DNA of 64,000 bases from Promethearchaeota archaeon (GTDB lineage: Archaea > Asgardarchaeota > Lokiarchaeia > Sigyniarchaeales > SOKP01): NCBI GenBank assembly GCA_019058295.1, contig JAHPZI010000030.1, positions 96,001 through 160,000 of the forward strand. The letters run 5' to 3'. The notes beneath the pieces are model-generated. The model was not told where the DNA came from. It did not search any database and was given only the letters and a program-made list of their open reading frames with translations. Shown here piece by piece: positions 19,796-30,279 of this stretch (position 1 is the first letter of the stretch; each line of letters opens with the position of its first letter). The translations under genes and the position numbers were made by a program.

Positions 19796-20326
19796 ATGAT
19801 CCTAACAATTTCTGGAAAGCACGGTTCTGGTAAATCGGTAATCGGTAAAAAAATTGCTTTAGCTCTTGATATTAAATATTATTCAACCGGTCAGGCATTT
19901 AGAGATTTAGCGAAAGAAATGAATATGTCTTTAGAAGAGTTTACCCAATATGTAGAAAACCATCCTGAGATCGATCAAGAATTGGATAAAAAAATCGTGG
20001 AAATCGCTAAAAAAAGGGACATCATAATTGATAGTCAATTAAGTGGCCACATCTTACAAAATATCGCAGACTTTAAAATCTTGCTTAAATGCCCTTTAGA
20101 AACTCGAGTTAAAAGAATGGCAGATAGAGATCAAACTTCTTATGATGAGAAATTAAAAGAAACTAAGGTTAGAGAGAAATCAGAACAAGAAAGATTTAAA
20201 ATACTATATGATATTGATTTAGAAGATAACAAAACTTATGATTTAATAATAGAAACAGAAAACTTGTCTATTGAGGAAGTTTTAAACAAAATTCTCTCTG
20301 TAATTAGCAGTATAAAATTAAAATAA
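19796..20326 (+). CDS. cmk: Archaeal cytidylate kinase
   Basis: ISGKHGSGKS, STG..FR.LA.E..MSLEEF; follows rpl34e. Confidence 0.92.
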   Translation: MILTISGKHGSGKSVIGKKIALALDIKYYSTGQAFRDLAKEMNMSLEEFTQYVENHPEIDQELDKKIVEIAKKRDIIIDSQLSGHILQNIADFKILLKCPLETRVKRMADRDQTSYDEKLKETKVREKSEQERFKILYDIDLEDNKTYDLIIETENLSIEEVLNKILSVISSIKLK

Positions 20327-20411
20327 ACTTCTTTTTAAAAAATGGTAAGAAAATTAAATCTTGTTTTCAGTTTAAGGGATAAAAAAATAAAAAAAAAAAT
20401 TAGTAATAATT

Positions 20412-23400
20412 TTAGGTTTTTCTTTTCAGTTTGGATAAGTCAATTATTTGCTTTTTAATTAATATGAAAACAACAACAGCACCAGCACCAATACATGCAA
20501 GAACAACTATAACTACGACTACAACAACTACACCAGTATCTTCTTCATCATCGTCATCATCATCACCAGCGGCAGGAGGAGCAGGACCACCTGGGAATAC
20601 ATCCTGACCATCCCAGCAGATAGGATAGAGATCTTGTCGATTTCCTTCTCCCGTAATATTGTATGGTATATTTCCGATTCCATCATCATTAGGATCACTC
20701 CCCGTGTAATTATCCCAGAAATTACCAATTTTATCTATAGGATCATACCAGTAATTTATTCCAACATCCATATCGTCCACAGCATGTATGGTATTATTAC
20801 GGAATTCATTCTTGTAGAAATAATTATTCTTGCAATTATCAGCTTCGGTATCATCGAGATATGCGCCAATAACAGTGTTATTTCCAATTGTGTTGCCAAT
20901 AATGTAATTATGATCGCAGTTATCATATAACCAAATGCCGTATTTTGAGTTGTTACAAGTATTTTCTGTAATATAATTCCAATAAGCATTGTCATCTAAC
21001 CAAATATTACATTCTATGTTATCTATCACAAGATTGTTATGAATTGTGTTGTTATAACTTCCAGAAAGAAACCCTTCGAGATATATCCCATAATAATTGT
21101 CAAATATAGTATTATCAGAAATATTGTTAAATTTACTAGTAGATATTCTTATTCCACGATAGGTGCCGCTATTAAATCCATATATAGTGTTTCCTGAAAT
21201 ATTATTATGATCGGCGATACTTGTTATATATATGCCAACGGTACCCTGATAAGGAGCGGGTGTATCTATGACGATATTATCTAAAATTATATTATACTTG
21301 CAAGCATCAATTTTAATTCCAGAACCGGCATTATCACTGACCGTATTATTCCAGATTCTATTATAGTAACCATCGCCTTGAATGAATATCCCGTCAGCAC
21401 CGTTACTATTGACAGTGTTATTCCAAATTCTATTATGGCAACACTCAGTATCTAGGAATATCCCTTCCACATCGTTATTTTGAACAGTGTTATTCCATAT
21501 GAGAGTATAATTACTCATCCAGAGATATATCCCCTCCCCTCCGTTATTTTGAACGGTGTTATTCTTTATGATACTTCTATGGCTATTATCAATATAAATT
21601 CCCTCAGAGTTACCCATTATTATATTACTAAAAATCTTATTATCATCAGCATTATCCAAAAGAATTCCAGATGAGGTATGATCATAAATTTCGTTTTTAT
21701 ATATAGTATTATTCCCGCAATCTGTCTCCAAGAAAATCCCTCTTGCTTGTGTCAAAGGTGCACCGGTCTCACGAATATCATTATTAAAAATGAAATTATC
21801 ATCACAATCGGTTATTAAGTAGATTCCATAATCATCGTTGTCATATATTGTATTATTTATAATTTCATTACCGACTGCGTTATCTTGTAGATAAATTCCA
21901 TAATCATTATTACCGTTTGCTGTATTATTTAAAATAAGGTTACGATTAGAGCCATCAATGCTTATTCCATAATTATTTGATTTTACCGTATTATAGGTAA
22001 CATTATTATAATTGCTACTAGTGGTTAAGATTATTCCATATTGTTGGTTTTCAGCTGTATTTTCAGTTATATTGTTTTCATTGCAATTATAATATAACCA
22101 TATACCTCTTTCTACATTTAAACTCACCGTATTGTTATAAATATTATTCTTATTACTAAATGTAATTAAATAAATTCCGGCAAGAGTGTTATATTTGGCT
22201 GTAACGTTCCTAATAGTTATATTTTCTGAATCGCATAACTCAATTCCAACTGAGCTTCTGGAAATGTTAAAATCTCTTATTTCTGAATCTTGACACGAAG
22301 CCAAAATAATTTGACCCGGCTTACCATCAGTCATGAAATCACTTTTTACTAAGCCATTTTGGTTTTTATAAAAATAAACAGGATTTCCATTGACGGTATT
22401 GTTTCTATAAATAGTAAATGTACTCACTTGAAATCCAAAAACGACTACACCACAATTAATCATCTCATTATCCGATAATGTTGGACTTATAACATTATGT
22501 AAATTTATCCCATATTGATTGATATCTTTTATCGAATTGCCTCTGACAATGACAAAATTCGCAGAATTTCTTATATGTATCCCATAAGTATTACTGTCTC
22601 TTATAGTGTTATTAATAACTTCAGTCCCTGAAGAGTCAATGTGAGTTACATAAATACCATTAAGAGAATTCTGATAAATTGTATTGTTCACAATTTGACA
22701 CTTAGAATCATCAATTTCAATCCCATTAGTTATATGACCAAAAATGGTATTATTTTCTACAATAGTATCATGTGATTGGGCTTGTATTGATATCCCATAA
22801 TTTTGAGCTTGTCCTGTTGGTGTTTCGCCTATGGTGTTATTAAGTATTGTAACATTATAACATTGGTTATTTAAGATAATACCTTTATCATCATTATCCT
22901 GTATAATATTATTTTCAATTGTACAATTTTCACATGAATTTATTAATGTAATTCCATTCATTTGATTATTTGAGCAAGTATTATTAAATATTGTCCCGTT
23001 GCTAACGTTCTCTAATCTGATACCTGCGTCCCATCCATTAGTACCTCCATTATATAATGTACAATTCTTAATAATAAAAGGAACAGTTGAATCTCGGATA
23101 AATATTCCACTACCAGACCCACCAGCATCAATGGTCACATTTTCAATAACATAGGGTTCTCCCCAATTACCTGAACCAGTACACCATCCAGCAGGTTCAG
23201 CTAATGCTTCAGCCCAAGTCAGAGCTCCAATGGTTCCCCCATTATCATCAATAGTAATATTACTCATTACCCAATCTCCTGAATCAATTGGAGGCTCTGA
23301 ATCAATTTCTTTAATTGATTGACCTTTTGCGTTATCATTGCTAATATTTTTCTCATCAGGTTCTTTTTGTGTGTTTAAAATGATGCTCCCGAAAGCAAAA

Positions 23401-23447
23401 ATAAGTATAACAATCCCAAATAGTATTAATTGGTTTTTATTTTTCAT
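20412..23447 (-). CDS. Cell-surface parallel beta-helix (NosD/CASH-like) protein
   Basis: N-terminal hydrophobic segment, many I.NN.I..N..GI.L repeats, GNFWDNY...D.DGIG..PY, acidic linker plus C-terminal TM. Confidence 0.9.
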   Translation of the reverse strand: MKNKNQLILFGIVILIFAFGSIILNTQKEPDEKNISNDNAKGQSIKEIDSEPPIDSGDWVMSNITIDDNGGTIGALTWAEALAEPAGWCTGSGNWGEPYVIENVTIDAGGSGSGIFIRDSTVPFIIKNCTLYNGGTNGWDAGIRLENVSNGTIFNNTCSNNQMNGITLINSCENCTIENNIIQDNDDKGIILNNQCYNVTILNNTIGETPTGQAQNYGISIQAQSHDTIVENNTIFGHITNGIEIDDSKCQIVNNTIYQNSLNGIYVTHIDSSGTEVINNTIRDSNTYGIHIRNSANFVIVRGNSIKDINQYGINLHNVISPTLSDNEMINCGVVVFGFQVSTFTIYRNNTVNGNPVYFYKNQNGLVKSDFMTDGKPGQIILASCQDSEIRDFNISRSSVGIELCDSENITIRNVTAKYNTLAGIYLITFSNKNNIYNNTVSLNVERGIWLYYNCNENNITENTAENQQYGIILTTSSNYNNVTYNTVKSNNYGISIDGSNRNLILNNTANGNNDYGIYLQDNAVGNEIINNTIYDNDDYGIYLITDCDDNFIFNNDIRETGAPLTQARGIFLETDCGNNTIYKNEIYDHTSSGILLDNADDNKIFSNIIMGNSEGIYIDNSHRSIIKNNTVQNNGGEGIYLWMSNYTLIWNNTVQNNDVEGIFLDTECCHNRIWNNTVNSNGADGIFIQGDGYYNRIWNNTVSDNAGSGIKIDACKYNIILDNIVIDTPAPYQGTVGIYITSIADHNNISGNTIYGFNSGTYRGIRISTSKFNNISDNTIFDNYYGIYLEGFLSGSYNNTIHNNLVIDNIECNIWLDDNAYWNYITENTCNNSKYGIWLYDNCDHNYIIGNTIGNNTVIGAYLDDTEADNCKNNYFYKNEFRNNTIHAVDDMDVGINYWYDPIDKIGNFWDNYTGSDPNDDGIGNIPYNITGEGNRQDLYPICWDGQDVFPGGPAPPAAGDDDDDDEEDTGVVVVVVVIVVLACIGAGAVVVFILIKKQIIDLSKLKRKT

Positions 23448-23697
23448 TTAAATTTCACTTAAAAAATTTTTTTTTTAAAAAATTGAATAGTAATAAATTA
23501 GATAAGTTACTATTAAAAGTTTTTACATGATTGTTAAGCAACTTAAAAATAATAAGGAAACACTGAGATAGTTTTGACAGTTAAAATCGTAAAAAATTTA
23601 TTATTAAAAATATTTCATATCTTACATAGCATTGTTTATCTTTACTGGAAATAAACCAGTATGGATAAATTTACTAAAAATGATTTGGTGACGAATT

Positions 23698-23976
23698 ATG
23701 AGTAATTCTGCTTACGATATAGGACGAATTGTTGTAAAAACTAAAGGTAGGGAAGCAGGAAAATACGCCGTAATTGTGGATGTTATAGATAAGAATTATT
23801 TGCTCATTGATGGGTTAAAAGTTCGAAGACGTCGTGTTAATTATAATCATGTTGAACCCACGACTGAAGTAATTGATCTTGAAAAAGGAGCAGATCACAC
23901 AGCGGTTGAGGCAGCTATTAAACAAGCTAAAAAGACAAAAAAAATGAATGAAACAATGTCAATCCCTATAAAATAA
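23698..23976 (+). CDS. rpl14e: Ribosomal protein eL14
   Basis: IGRIVVK..GREAGK.AVIVD.ID.N..LIDG..VRRRRVN..H.EPT. Confidence 0.95.
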   Translation: MSNSAYDIGRIVVKTKGREAGKYAVIVDVIDKNYLLIDGLKVRRRRVNYNHVEPTTEVIDLEKGADHTAVEAAIKQAKKTKKMNETMSIPIK

Positions 23977-24037
23977 GTTAAATCTATAACTTATTATAAT
24001 TCTTTTAAAATTTTTTATTATTTTTCTTTATTTTTAT

Positions 24038-24173
24038 GCAACGGTTGCCTAGCCTGGTACGGCGCTGGCTTGGAGAGGATAAATAAAAAATTACCAAATA
24101 GCCAGTGTGCTCTGCACTCGGGGGTTCGAAGTTTCTATCCATTTCGCAAGAAACGAAATTCCCTCCCGTTGCG
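24038..24173 (+). tRNA. tRNA-Ser(GGA) with two BHB introns (24076-24099 at 37/38; 24131-24159 in the T-loop)
   Basis: Acceptor GCAACGG/CCGTTGC, G73, long variable arm; BHB central helices TTGG/CCAA and TTCG/CGAA. Confidence 0.95.
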
Positions 24174-24235
24174 CTTTCTAATTAACTCTTAAGACAATTT
24201 TAAAAAAAATAAAAATTTTGTATTGACCCAATTGG

Positions 24236-24841
24236 CTAAACATCAGGAAATTGCATAGCAGTAGACTTTTGTCCGCCAAACATTTGTTCCATCCCTCCTG
24301 AAGCTTGTGTTTGCAGTTTAAAAAGTCTTTGGAGCAATGTATTTATCCCTAATGAACAAATGAAATACCAACCTGTAAATATTAATGCCCTACTTTCTAA
24401 AGGATCTTTGCTTCCTGGATTTACCATAGCATTTTGAGTTACAAATCTTAAAAATCCATAAAGATCAGGGCTCATAGGTGTATAAGCAACTGCTGTTCGA
24501 CCATAAACATAAACATTTAGAATGATGAATATTATTATCATAGGTAAAAAGGTAATACAAGTGGGTTTTAATCTCTGCATTGACATACCCTGTTGCGTTT
24601 TCTTAAGCATCTCCTCCCGACGCTCCCATCTTTTACGCTGTTTTCGATATTTCTCAACATCGTTTTCCGCTAATTCAATAATTTTTTTCTTCTCTTCTTG
24701 GTGTGCTTTTATTTGCTTTTGCTTTCTCTGAAGTTCTTCAGTATCAACAAGTAATTTTGTTAAAAGAACACTTACTAAAGCAATAATAAATGATAAAAGC
24801 AATATGAATAACATTGAATCAGGAGGGCTTAATAACGACAT
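24236..24841 (-). CDS. EMC3/TMCO1 (DUF106, Oxa1 superfamily) membrane insertase
   Basis: TM, coiled coil, KP..IT.LP, WYF.CS; co-oriented downstream of secY. Confidence 0.9.
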   Translation of the reverse strand: MSLLSPPDSMLFILLLSFIIALVSVLLTKLLVDTEELQRKQKQIKAHQEEKKKIIELAENDVEKYRKQRKRWERREEMLKKTQQGMSMQRLKPTCITFLPMIIIFIILNVYVYGRTAVAYTPMSPDLYGFLRFVTQNAMVNPGSKDPLESRALIFTGWYFICSLGINTLLQRLFKLQTQASGGMEQMFGGQKSTAMQFPDV

Positions 24842-25058
24842 GATAATAACCTTTAGAGATTTGAGTATATTAATGTTTTATATTTAATAATATTAACATT
24901 ATTTTAATATTTTATTGGGAGGGTTTTAAAATCTTGAAATAATAATTCCATAACTTACTCTTTGAAGAATTCATAATAGATAGCAATATATAATTTATAA
25001 TATTAAAAGGAGTGTACTTTTCTCGAATTAAAAAAAAATTAACAGAGTTTTTATAAAA

Positions 25059-26477
25059 ATGACTGAAGAAAAACCGTCAATAAAGACATCAAAAAGAGCT
25101 CTTTTTGGTCTAAGTGCTATTCCCGACCAATTAACATATCAAGCTTTTACAATTCTCGTATTTACTTTCTATTTTGCCGTAGTAGGAATACCGGTTCTAT
25201 TAGTAATGATTGCTTATATCGTCTGGGGGGTGTGGAATGCCGTAAATGACCCTATTTTGGGAGCTTTATCTGATAGAACCAAATATAAGAAACGGTTAGG
25301 CAGACGGAAATTCTTTTTAATTATTTCTATGATTCCTCTAAGTTTAATAATGATACTATTATTTTCAGTTCCAATAGGTAATGACTTAATAGAATTTATA
25401 TATTTCATTATAATAATATTAACTTTTGAGCTAGTTTATACGATGTGGAGTGTCAACGTGAACGCGATTTTCCCAGAAATGTTTCCTACTGAAGAGGAAA
25501 GGGCTAAAACCAATATATTTGTCAAGGGCTTTATTATAATTGCTGTAATCTGTGCTTCTCTTATTCCCACCATTATTATATCTCCTTTAATTCCGACTGA
25601 GGAAAATCCTTCCCAATCAACAATATTACATTTCCAACTAATGTATATCAATGCAGGATTAATTATGGCAGTTATAATATTTCTTACTGCGTTGATATTC
25701 ATAACTAAAGGTGTTCAAGAGAAGGAGCAGTTGACAGAAACACTTGAAAAACAACCTTCTTTTATAGACACTTTAAAATTTACTTTAAGAAATAAAACCT
25801 TTCTAAAATTTACATTGGCAAATATGTGCATCTGGTATTGCTTTACTACATTGCTTACTGCATTACCTCTATATTGTACATGGGTTCTTGGAATTAAAAA
25901 AGATGCTTTACTTATAGGGATCGCATTAATGTTAGCATTACTAATAGCTGCCTTTGTATTGCCTTTGCATATGAAGATCGGTCAAAAAATAGGCATGAGA
26001 AATGGGTTAATGCTTACATTAGGTTTATGGATTTGTTTATTATTTCCTCTTGTACTTTTATATGATGATCCGATCATAAGAATTATAGGAATTATTGTTA
26101 TTGCAATCCAAGGATTAGCATTAGGCGGAGCATTATTTTATGTGGATATTTTAATTGGTGATGTAATTGATTCTGATGAGGTAGAATTTGGAATTAAAAG
26201 ATCAGCTAGTTATTATGGTGTTAATGCTTTTATACACAGGTTTTCGCAAATATTTTCTATTATAACAATCGCCATAATTTTTCAAGGTACAGGTTGGTCT
26301 AGCTATAAACCTAATCCTGGCACAAATATTATTATCGGATTGAAATTGATTATGTTTTTATTTCCAGCTATTGCTCTCATAATTGGAATTCTTTTCTTGA
26401 GGCTTTTTGATCTCCATGGAGATAAATTAAAAGAAATGAGATCTAAATTAGAGCAAATACATTCAAAAAGGAAATAG
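25059..26477 (+). CDS. MFS transporter, GPH (glycoside-pentoside-hexuronide) family
   Basis: WNAVNDP..G.LSDRT....GRRK, DVID.DE...G.KR...YYG, 12 TM. Confidence 0.9.
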   Translation: MTEEKPSIKTSKRALFGLSAIPDQLTYQAFTILVFTFYFAVVGIPVLLVMIAYIVWGVWNAVNDPILGALSDRTKYKKRLGRRKFFLIISMIPLSLIMILLFSVPIGNDLIEFIYFIIIILTFELVYTMWSVNVNAIFPEMFPTEEERAKTNIFVKGFIIIAVICASLIPTIIISPLIPTEENPSQSTILHFQLMYINAGLIMAVIIFLTALIFITKGVQEKEQLTETLEKQPSFIDTLKFTLRNKTFLKFTLANMCIWYCFTTLLTALPLYCTWVLGIKKDALLIGIALMLALLIAAFVLPLHMKIGQKIGMRNGLMLTLGLWICLLFPLVLLYDDPIIRIIGIIVIAIQGLALGGALFYVDILIGDVIDSDEVEFGIKRSASYYGVNAFIHRFSQIFSIITIAIIFQGTGWSSYKPNPGTNIIIGLKLIMFLFPAIALIIGILFLRLFDLHGDKLKEMRSKLEQIHSKRK

Positions 26478-26503
26478 AAGATTCTGTTTAACGATAATAA
26501 TAT

Positions 26504-27973
26504 TCAATCTAATCCAAGAAATCCCCGCATGCTTGGATATTGCTGAGCAGCGATCTCCTTTGATATAGTCTCAGCATATTGATGTATGATGCCTATAGCG
26601 ATGAGGAGTCCAGTACCTGAAGTCAATGCACCTAAACTATCTGCCATAAAACTCAATAACGCTATGAGTATCCCATTAAGCACAATAAGAACGGGGATAT
26701 AACGGTCCAATATCTTTTCTATGATTTTCGCTGAACTGCGAAAGCCAGGAACCATCATTCCTGAGTCTAAAATTTGCTGTGCGATGTCACGGCTAGCGAG
26801 ACCGCTTACCTCGACCCAAATCTTCCCAAGATATATACATAGAATTATAAATATGAAAAGATAAATGACCGCCCGTAACGGATCGTCCACTAGTGCATCA
26901 ATCCCTAAAGGTGGTGAAAGATAATATATCAAACCTGATTTCGGTAGGAGATAGCCTCCTGTGCCCGCCCCTGTATCTTGGTATTCAAAAGTACCAAGTA
27001 AATCAAGCCAGAAGTCATTACCTTGACCGCGTAATCCGGACTGTGGTCCTGCTAACAATTGACCAAAAAACAGTAAATTGGCATATAAAGCGTTAACTAA
27101 AATAACTGGAATATTAGAAACATAGAGCAATTTCATTGGATATTTGCCTTTAAAACCTCGATAGCCTCGATACGCTAACGGAATCTCCACACGCGTGCCC
27201 TCAAACCACACAACAACAACAAATATAAACACCGTAGTAATAATTCCTAAAAGAGACGGTAACTGCCCTCGTATCCAGATATCATCTAAATTTGTCGTAG
27301 GATCGTCATCAAACAAAACGTAAAAAAATGCTATAATTATACCTCTTGGTATACGTCCTTCCCCTGGAGCTTCGATAAAACTAAAGGCATTCCAAAAGAT
27401 TTGACCAGCAACGCCTGCTGCGATAAATAAAGAAACACCGCTACCAAGCCCCCATCCTTTTTGAAGTAATTCATCTAGCAAAATAATAATGATCCCAGCA
27501 AATAATAATTGTAAAAAAATCAACACAATGCTTTCTACTCCAAGATCAGTTGGTCTACCAAAATGACCCCCAATAATATATGCTATTATATTAAACATGG
27601 TCAGAAAAATAGCCATAACTTTTTGTGTGCCACTAAACATTGCCCGATCGTATGGATCGTTCATATCAACGTCGATAATCTTAGATCCAAGTAGTAGCTG
27701 CATAATAAGTCCCGCTGTTACTATAGGACCAATTCCTAATTCAGTCAATGTTCCTCTTTTGCTTGCGAGTATTACTCTTAACCAATAAAAATAATCTGTT
27801 GAATTTTCAAGTTGAACACCATATAAAGGAATGTTTGACATTATAAGATATATAACCAAGACCAGGGCGGTCCAGATAAATTTTTCCTTGAATGACACTT
27901 CTCTCTGAGGATTCCTTATTTCTGGCATTACTTTGACGAATGGAGTAAAGAATCTTAAAAATGCTCCTGTCAT
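26504..27973 (-). CDS. secY: Preprotein translocase SecY/Sec61alpha
   Basis: ELGIGPIVTAGLIMQLL, DELLQKGWGLGSG.SLFIA, KLLY.SNIPVIL, SGTGLL. Confidence 0.98.
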   Translation of the reverse strand: MTGAFLRFFTPFVKVMPEIRNPQREVSFKEKFIWTALVLVIYLIMSNIPLYGVQLENSTDYFYWLRVILASKRGTLTELGIGPIVTAGLIMQLLLGSKIIDVDMNDPYDRAMFSGTQKVMAIFLTMFNIIAYIIGGHFGRPTDLGVESIVLIFLQLLFAGIIIILLDELLQKGWGLGSGVSLFIAAGVAGQIFWNAFSFIEAPGEGRIPRGIIIAFFYVLFDDDPTTNLDDIWIRGQLPSLLGIITTVFIFVVVVWFEGTRVEIPLAYRGYRGFKGKYPMKLLYVSNIPVILVNALYANLLFFGQLLAGPQSGLRGQGNDFWLDLLGTFEYQDTGAGTGGYLLPKSGLIYYLSPPLGIDALVDDPLRAVIYLFIFIILCIYLGKIWVEVSGLASRDIAQQILDSGMMVPGFRSSAKIIEKILDRYIPVLIVLNGILIALLSFMADSLGALTSGTGLLIAIGIIHQYAETISKEIAAQQYPSMRGFLGLD

Positions 27974-28270
27974 TTTACGTCAGCTCTTTATTTCGGGTAG
28001 ATTAGGTTATAAATGCGATTTTAATATTAATCCAGATATAAAAATTAAAAGTGAATTAAAAAAAAACTTTTTGATCTAGGCAAATTTATTGCTGAAATCT
28101 TTTTGGAAAATAGAATGAAAGAGAAAAATATTATTCAGAATCCACTTTCTGGATTTTAATTATTCATAACAAATTGGATAAAATCCTAAATATAAAATAA
28201 ATAATATAGAGTTCTCATTTTTCTAGGAATATTAAAAAAAAATATTAAAAAAAAAATTAGTTATAATATT

Positions 28271-28570
28271 TTAGAAGAGAGAACCAATTCCAGTTGGCTC
28301 TGCTTCTGTTTCTTCCTCTTCCTTCTTTTTTTCTTTAGGAGCTTCTTTGGCGGCTTCAGCACCCCCACTAACAGATGTAGCCATTACTGGTGTTGCTGTT
28401 GCGGAAGCTATTATCTCATCAATTTTCTTTTGCTTTAAACCTGCAATTATTTTACTAATTTGAGATTTATCGGGTTCTACACCAGCAGCCGTCAGAACTT
28501 TTTCAATAGCCGCCTCTGTTATTTTTTTTGAAGCTGTATGAAGTAAGAGCGCCGCATATATACTTTCCAT
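28271..28570 (-). CDS. rpl12: Ribosomal stalk protein P1 (L12p)
   Basis: ME.IYAALLLH, acidic tail ending GIGSLF. Confidence 0.97.
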   Translation of the reverse strand: MESIYAALLLHTASKKITEAAIEKVLTAAGVEPDKSQISKIIAGLKQKKIDEIIASATATPVMATSVSGGAEAAKEAPKEKKKEEEETEAEPTGIGSLF

Positions 28571-28643
28571 ACTTCTTTACCTCTTTTTATTTTATTTTTT
28601 TCTATTGTTAGTTTTTTAATTTTAAATTTTTCATCTTAAATTC

Positions 28644-29543
28644 TCATCCAAATAGTCCTCCGATACCTGGAGCACTCTCCTCTTCTTCTTCTTCCTCATC
28701 TGGTTTTTCTTCCTCGGGTTTAACCTCCTCTTTTTTCAATGAAGATGTAATTCCACCTTCAAAAATTATAGTATTGATTATTTTTGCATCAAATACTGCT
28801 TTTTTAATATACTCATCTATCATTTCTTCAAGGAAAATAGGCAATTCAAAAAGAATTCCTAAAGCAGCTAAGTAGCATGATGCAACATCTCGTTGAAACG
28901 ATTCTATATCCATGTACAACGTATCTTCTGGTATTATTTCTCCATCACTCCATGCATAATGGATTTTAATTAACGATTCTATCGGTTTAATCCCAAGCTT
29001 TTTTAAAACTGCCGCCTGTTTAACATCTACAATATCTCCAGCTTTATGCGTTCTGGTCTTCTCGCGAATCCATATAGTATCGTTCTGAATACGGGTAGGT
29101 AATCGTAATGTCATATTTAGCTCCGAAATTACTTGTCCAGTAGGTAATCCTGTATCTCCAGCAGGAACCCAAATGTCTACGGGAGTGATTTCATCAGGTT
29201 TAGCAGGTACCATCCATTCACTCTCGTTGAAAATCTTTTTTAAATCAAATAGATTCATATTTGTAAAAACAAGACTTGATTGTCCAGGGATATTTTTCGC
29301 TAAATTATCAAGATTTGTTTTTTTTGACTGTTTTTTGTACTTTTCGATTGCTCTTATTTGTATACTCTTCTTAGACATTCGAATTTCCACTTTTCCTCTC
29401 AAAATCTTACGTGTATCTTGAATTTGCTTATCGTTAATACTCCCAACATTAATAACCGCAATATTTTTATATTTTTTAAATAAATCTACTAAGTATTCAA
29501 TTTCGTCTAATTTCCACTGTGGAATGTCCTTTTTTGATATCAT
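28644..29543 (-). CDS. rpl10: Ribosomal protein uL10 (P0)
   Basis: IPQWK, PAK....P.DI.VPAG.TG, LGIKP, tail GIGGLFG. Confidence 0.96.
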   Translation of the reverse strand: MISKKDIPQWKLDEIEYLVDLFKKYKNIAVINVGSINDKQIQDTRKILRGKVEIRMSKKSIQIRAIEKYKKQSKKTNLDNLAKNIPGQSSLVFTNMNLFDLKKIFNESEWMVPAKPDEITPVDIWVPAGDTGLPTGQVISELNMTLRLPTRIQNDTIWIREKTRTHKAGDIVDVKQAAVLKKLGIKPIESLIKIHYAWSDGEIIPEDTLYMDIESFQRDVASCYLAALGILFELPIFLEEMIDEYIKKAVFDAKIINTIIFEGGITSSLKKEEVKPEEEKPDEEEEEEESAPGIGGLFG

Positions 29544-29544
29544 T

Positions 29545-30276
29545 TTATTTCACCCCCAATGTCTCTAGATATTCATTATCTATCTTGATCGGTCGTCCCA
29601 TTGTAGTCTTAATAAACATCGATCTAAAGTTGTTATATTTATGAGGCATTTGATCTGCAACATAATCGACAATAGCTTTCATGTTTTCCAGAATTTTATC
29701 CATTTCCATTGATTTTTTGCCAATTTTTACCTGTAAAACTGGATTTTTTTTGACTATAATCCTAACAATTTTTTTGTATCTCTCAACAGCTACACTAAGA
29801 TCATCTATTGATGAAATAATTCCATATCCCGATGGAAAAGGTTTAGGCATTTTTCCAGAAGGCCCTAAAAATCTAGCCAAAAAACGAGCAACGTCGCGCA
29901 TATTCTTGTCTTCCACAACAAAAAAATCGTATTTTTTCACGAATTTTTTTTTGTCTTTCTTTTCTTCCCGATCCAAAGCTGCCAAACCATCTGGGTCAAG
30001 AGTATCCAATCCTATTTTTTTAGATTCTACTAATATCTCATCAGAAGCAATCACACATATGTTAGGTTTATCCTCTGTTATTACCTCGTTAGGCAATATT
30101 AATTCCTTGTCAATTCTCTGTTTTGGATCACTTAAATTAATATCCTTTAAGTTTATTATGAAATCAATAGTTTCGTCAAATTTGCGAATTTTATCTTTAA
30201 ATCCTTCTTTCTTTATAATCGAAAAGTCAATAGCAGCATTTAATGATTTTTTTAATAATTTATCATCAACTTTCAT
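29545..30276 (-). CDS. rpl1: Ribosomal protein uL1
   Basis: RKFDET.D, LGP.GKMPKP, IKTTMG. Confidence 0.96.
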   Translation of the reverse strand: MKVDDKLLKKSLNAAIDFSIIKKEGFKDKIRKFDETIDFIINLKDINLSDPKQRIDKELILPNEVITEDKPNICVIASDEILVESKKIGLDTLDPDGLAALDREEKKDKKKFVKKYDFFVVEDKNMRDVARFLARFLGPSGKMPKPFPSGYGIISSIDDLSVAVERYKKIVRIIVKKNPVLQVKIGKKSMEMDKILENMKAIVDYVADQMPHKYNNFRSMFIKTTMGRPIKIDNEYLETLGVK

Positions 30277-30279
30277 TTT

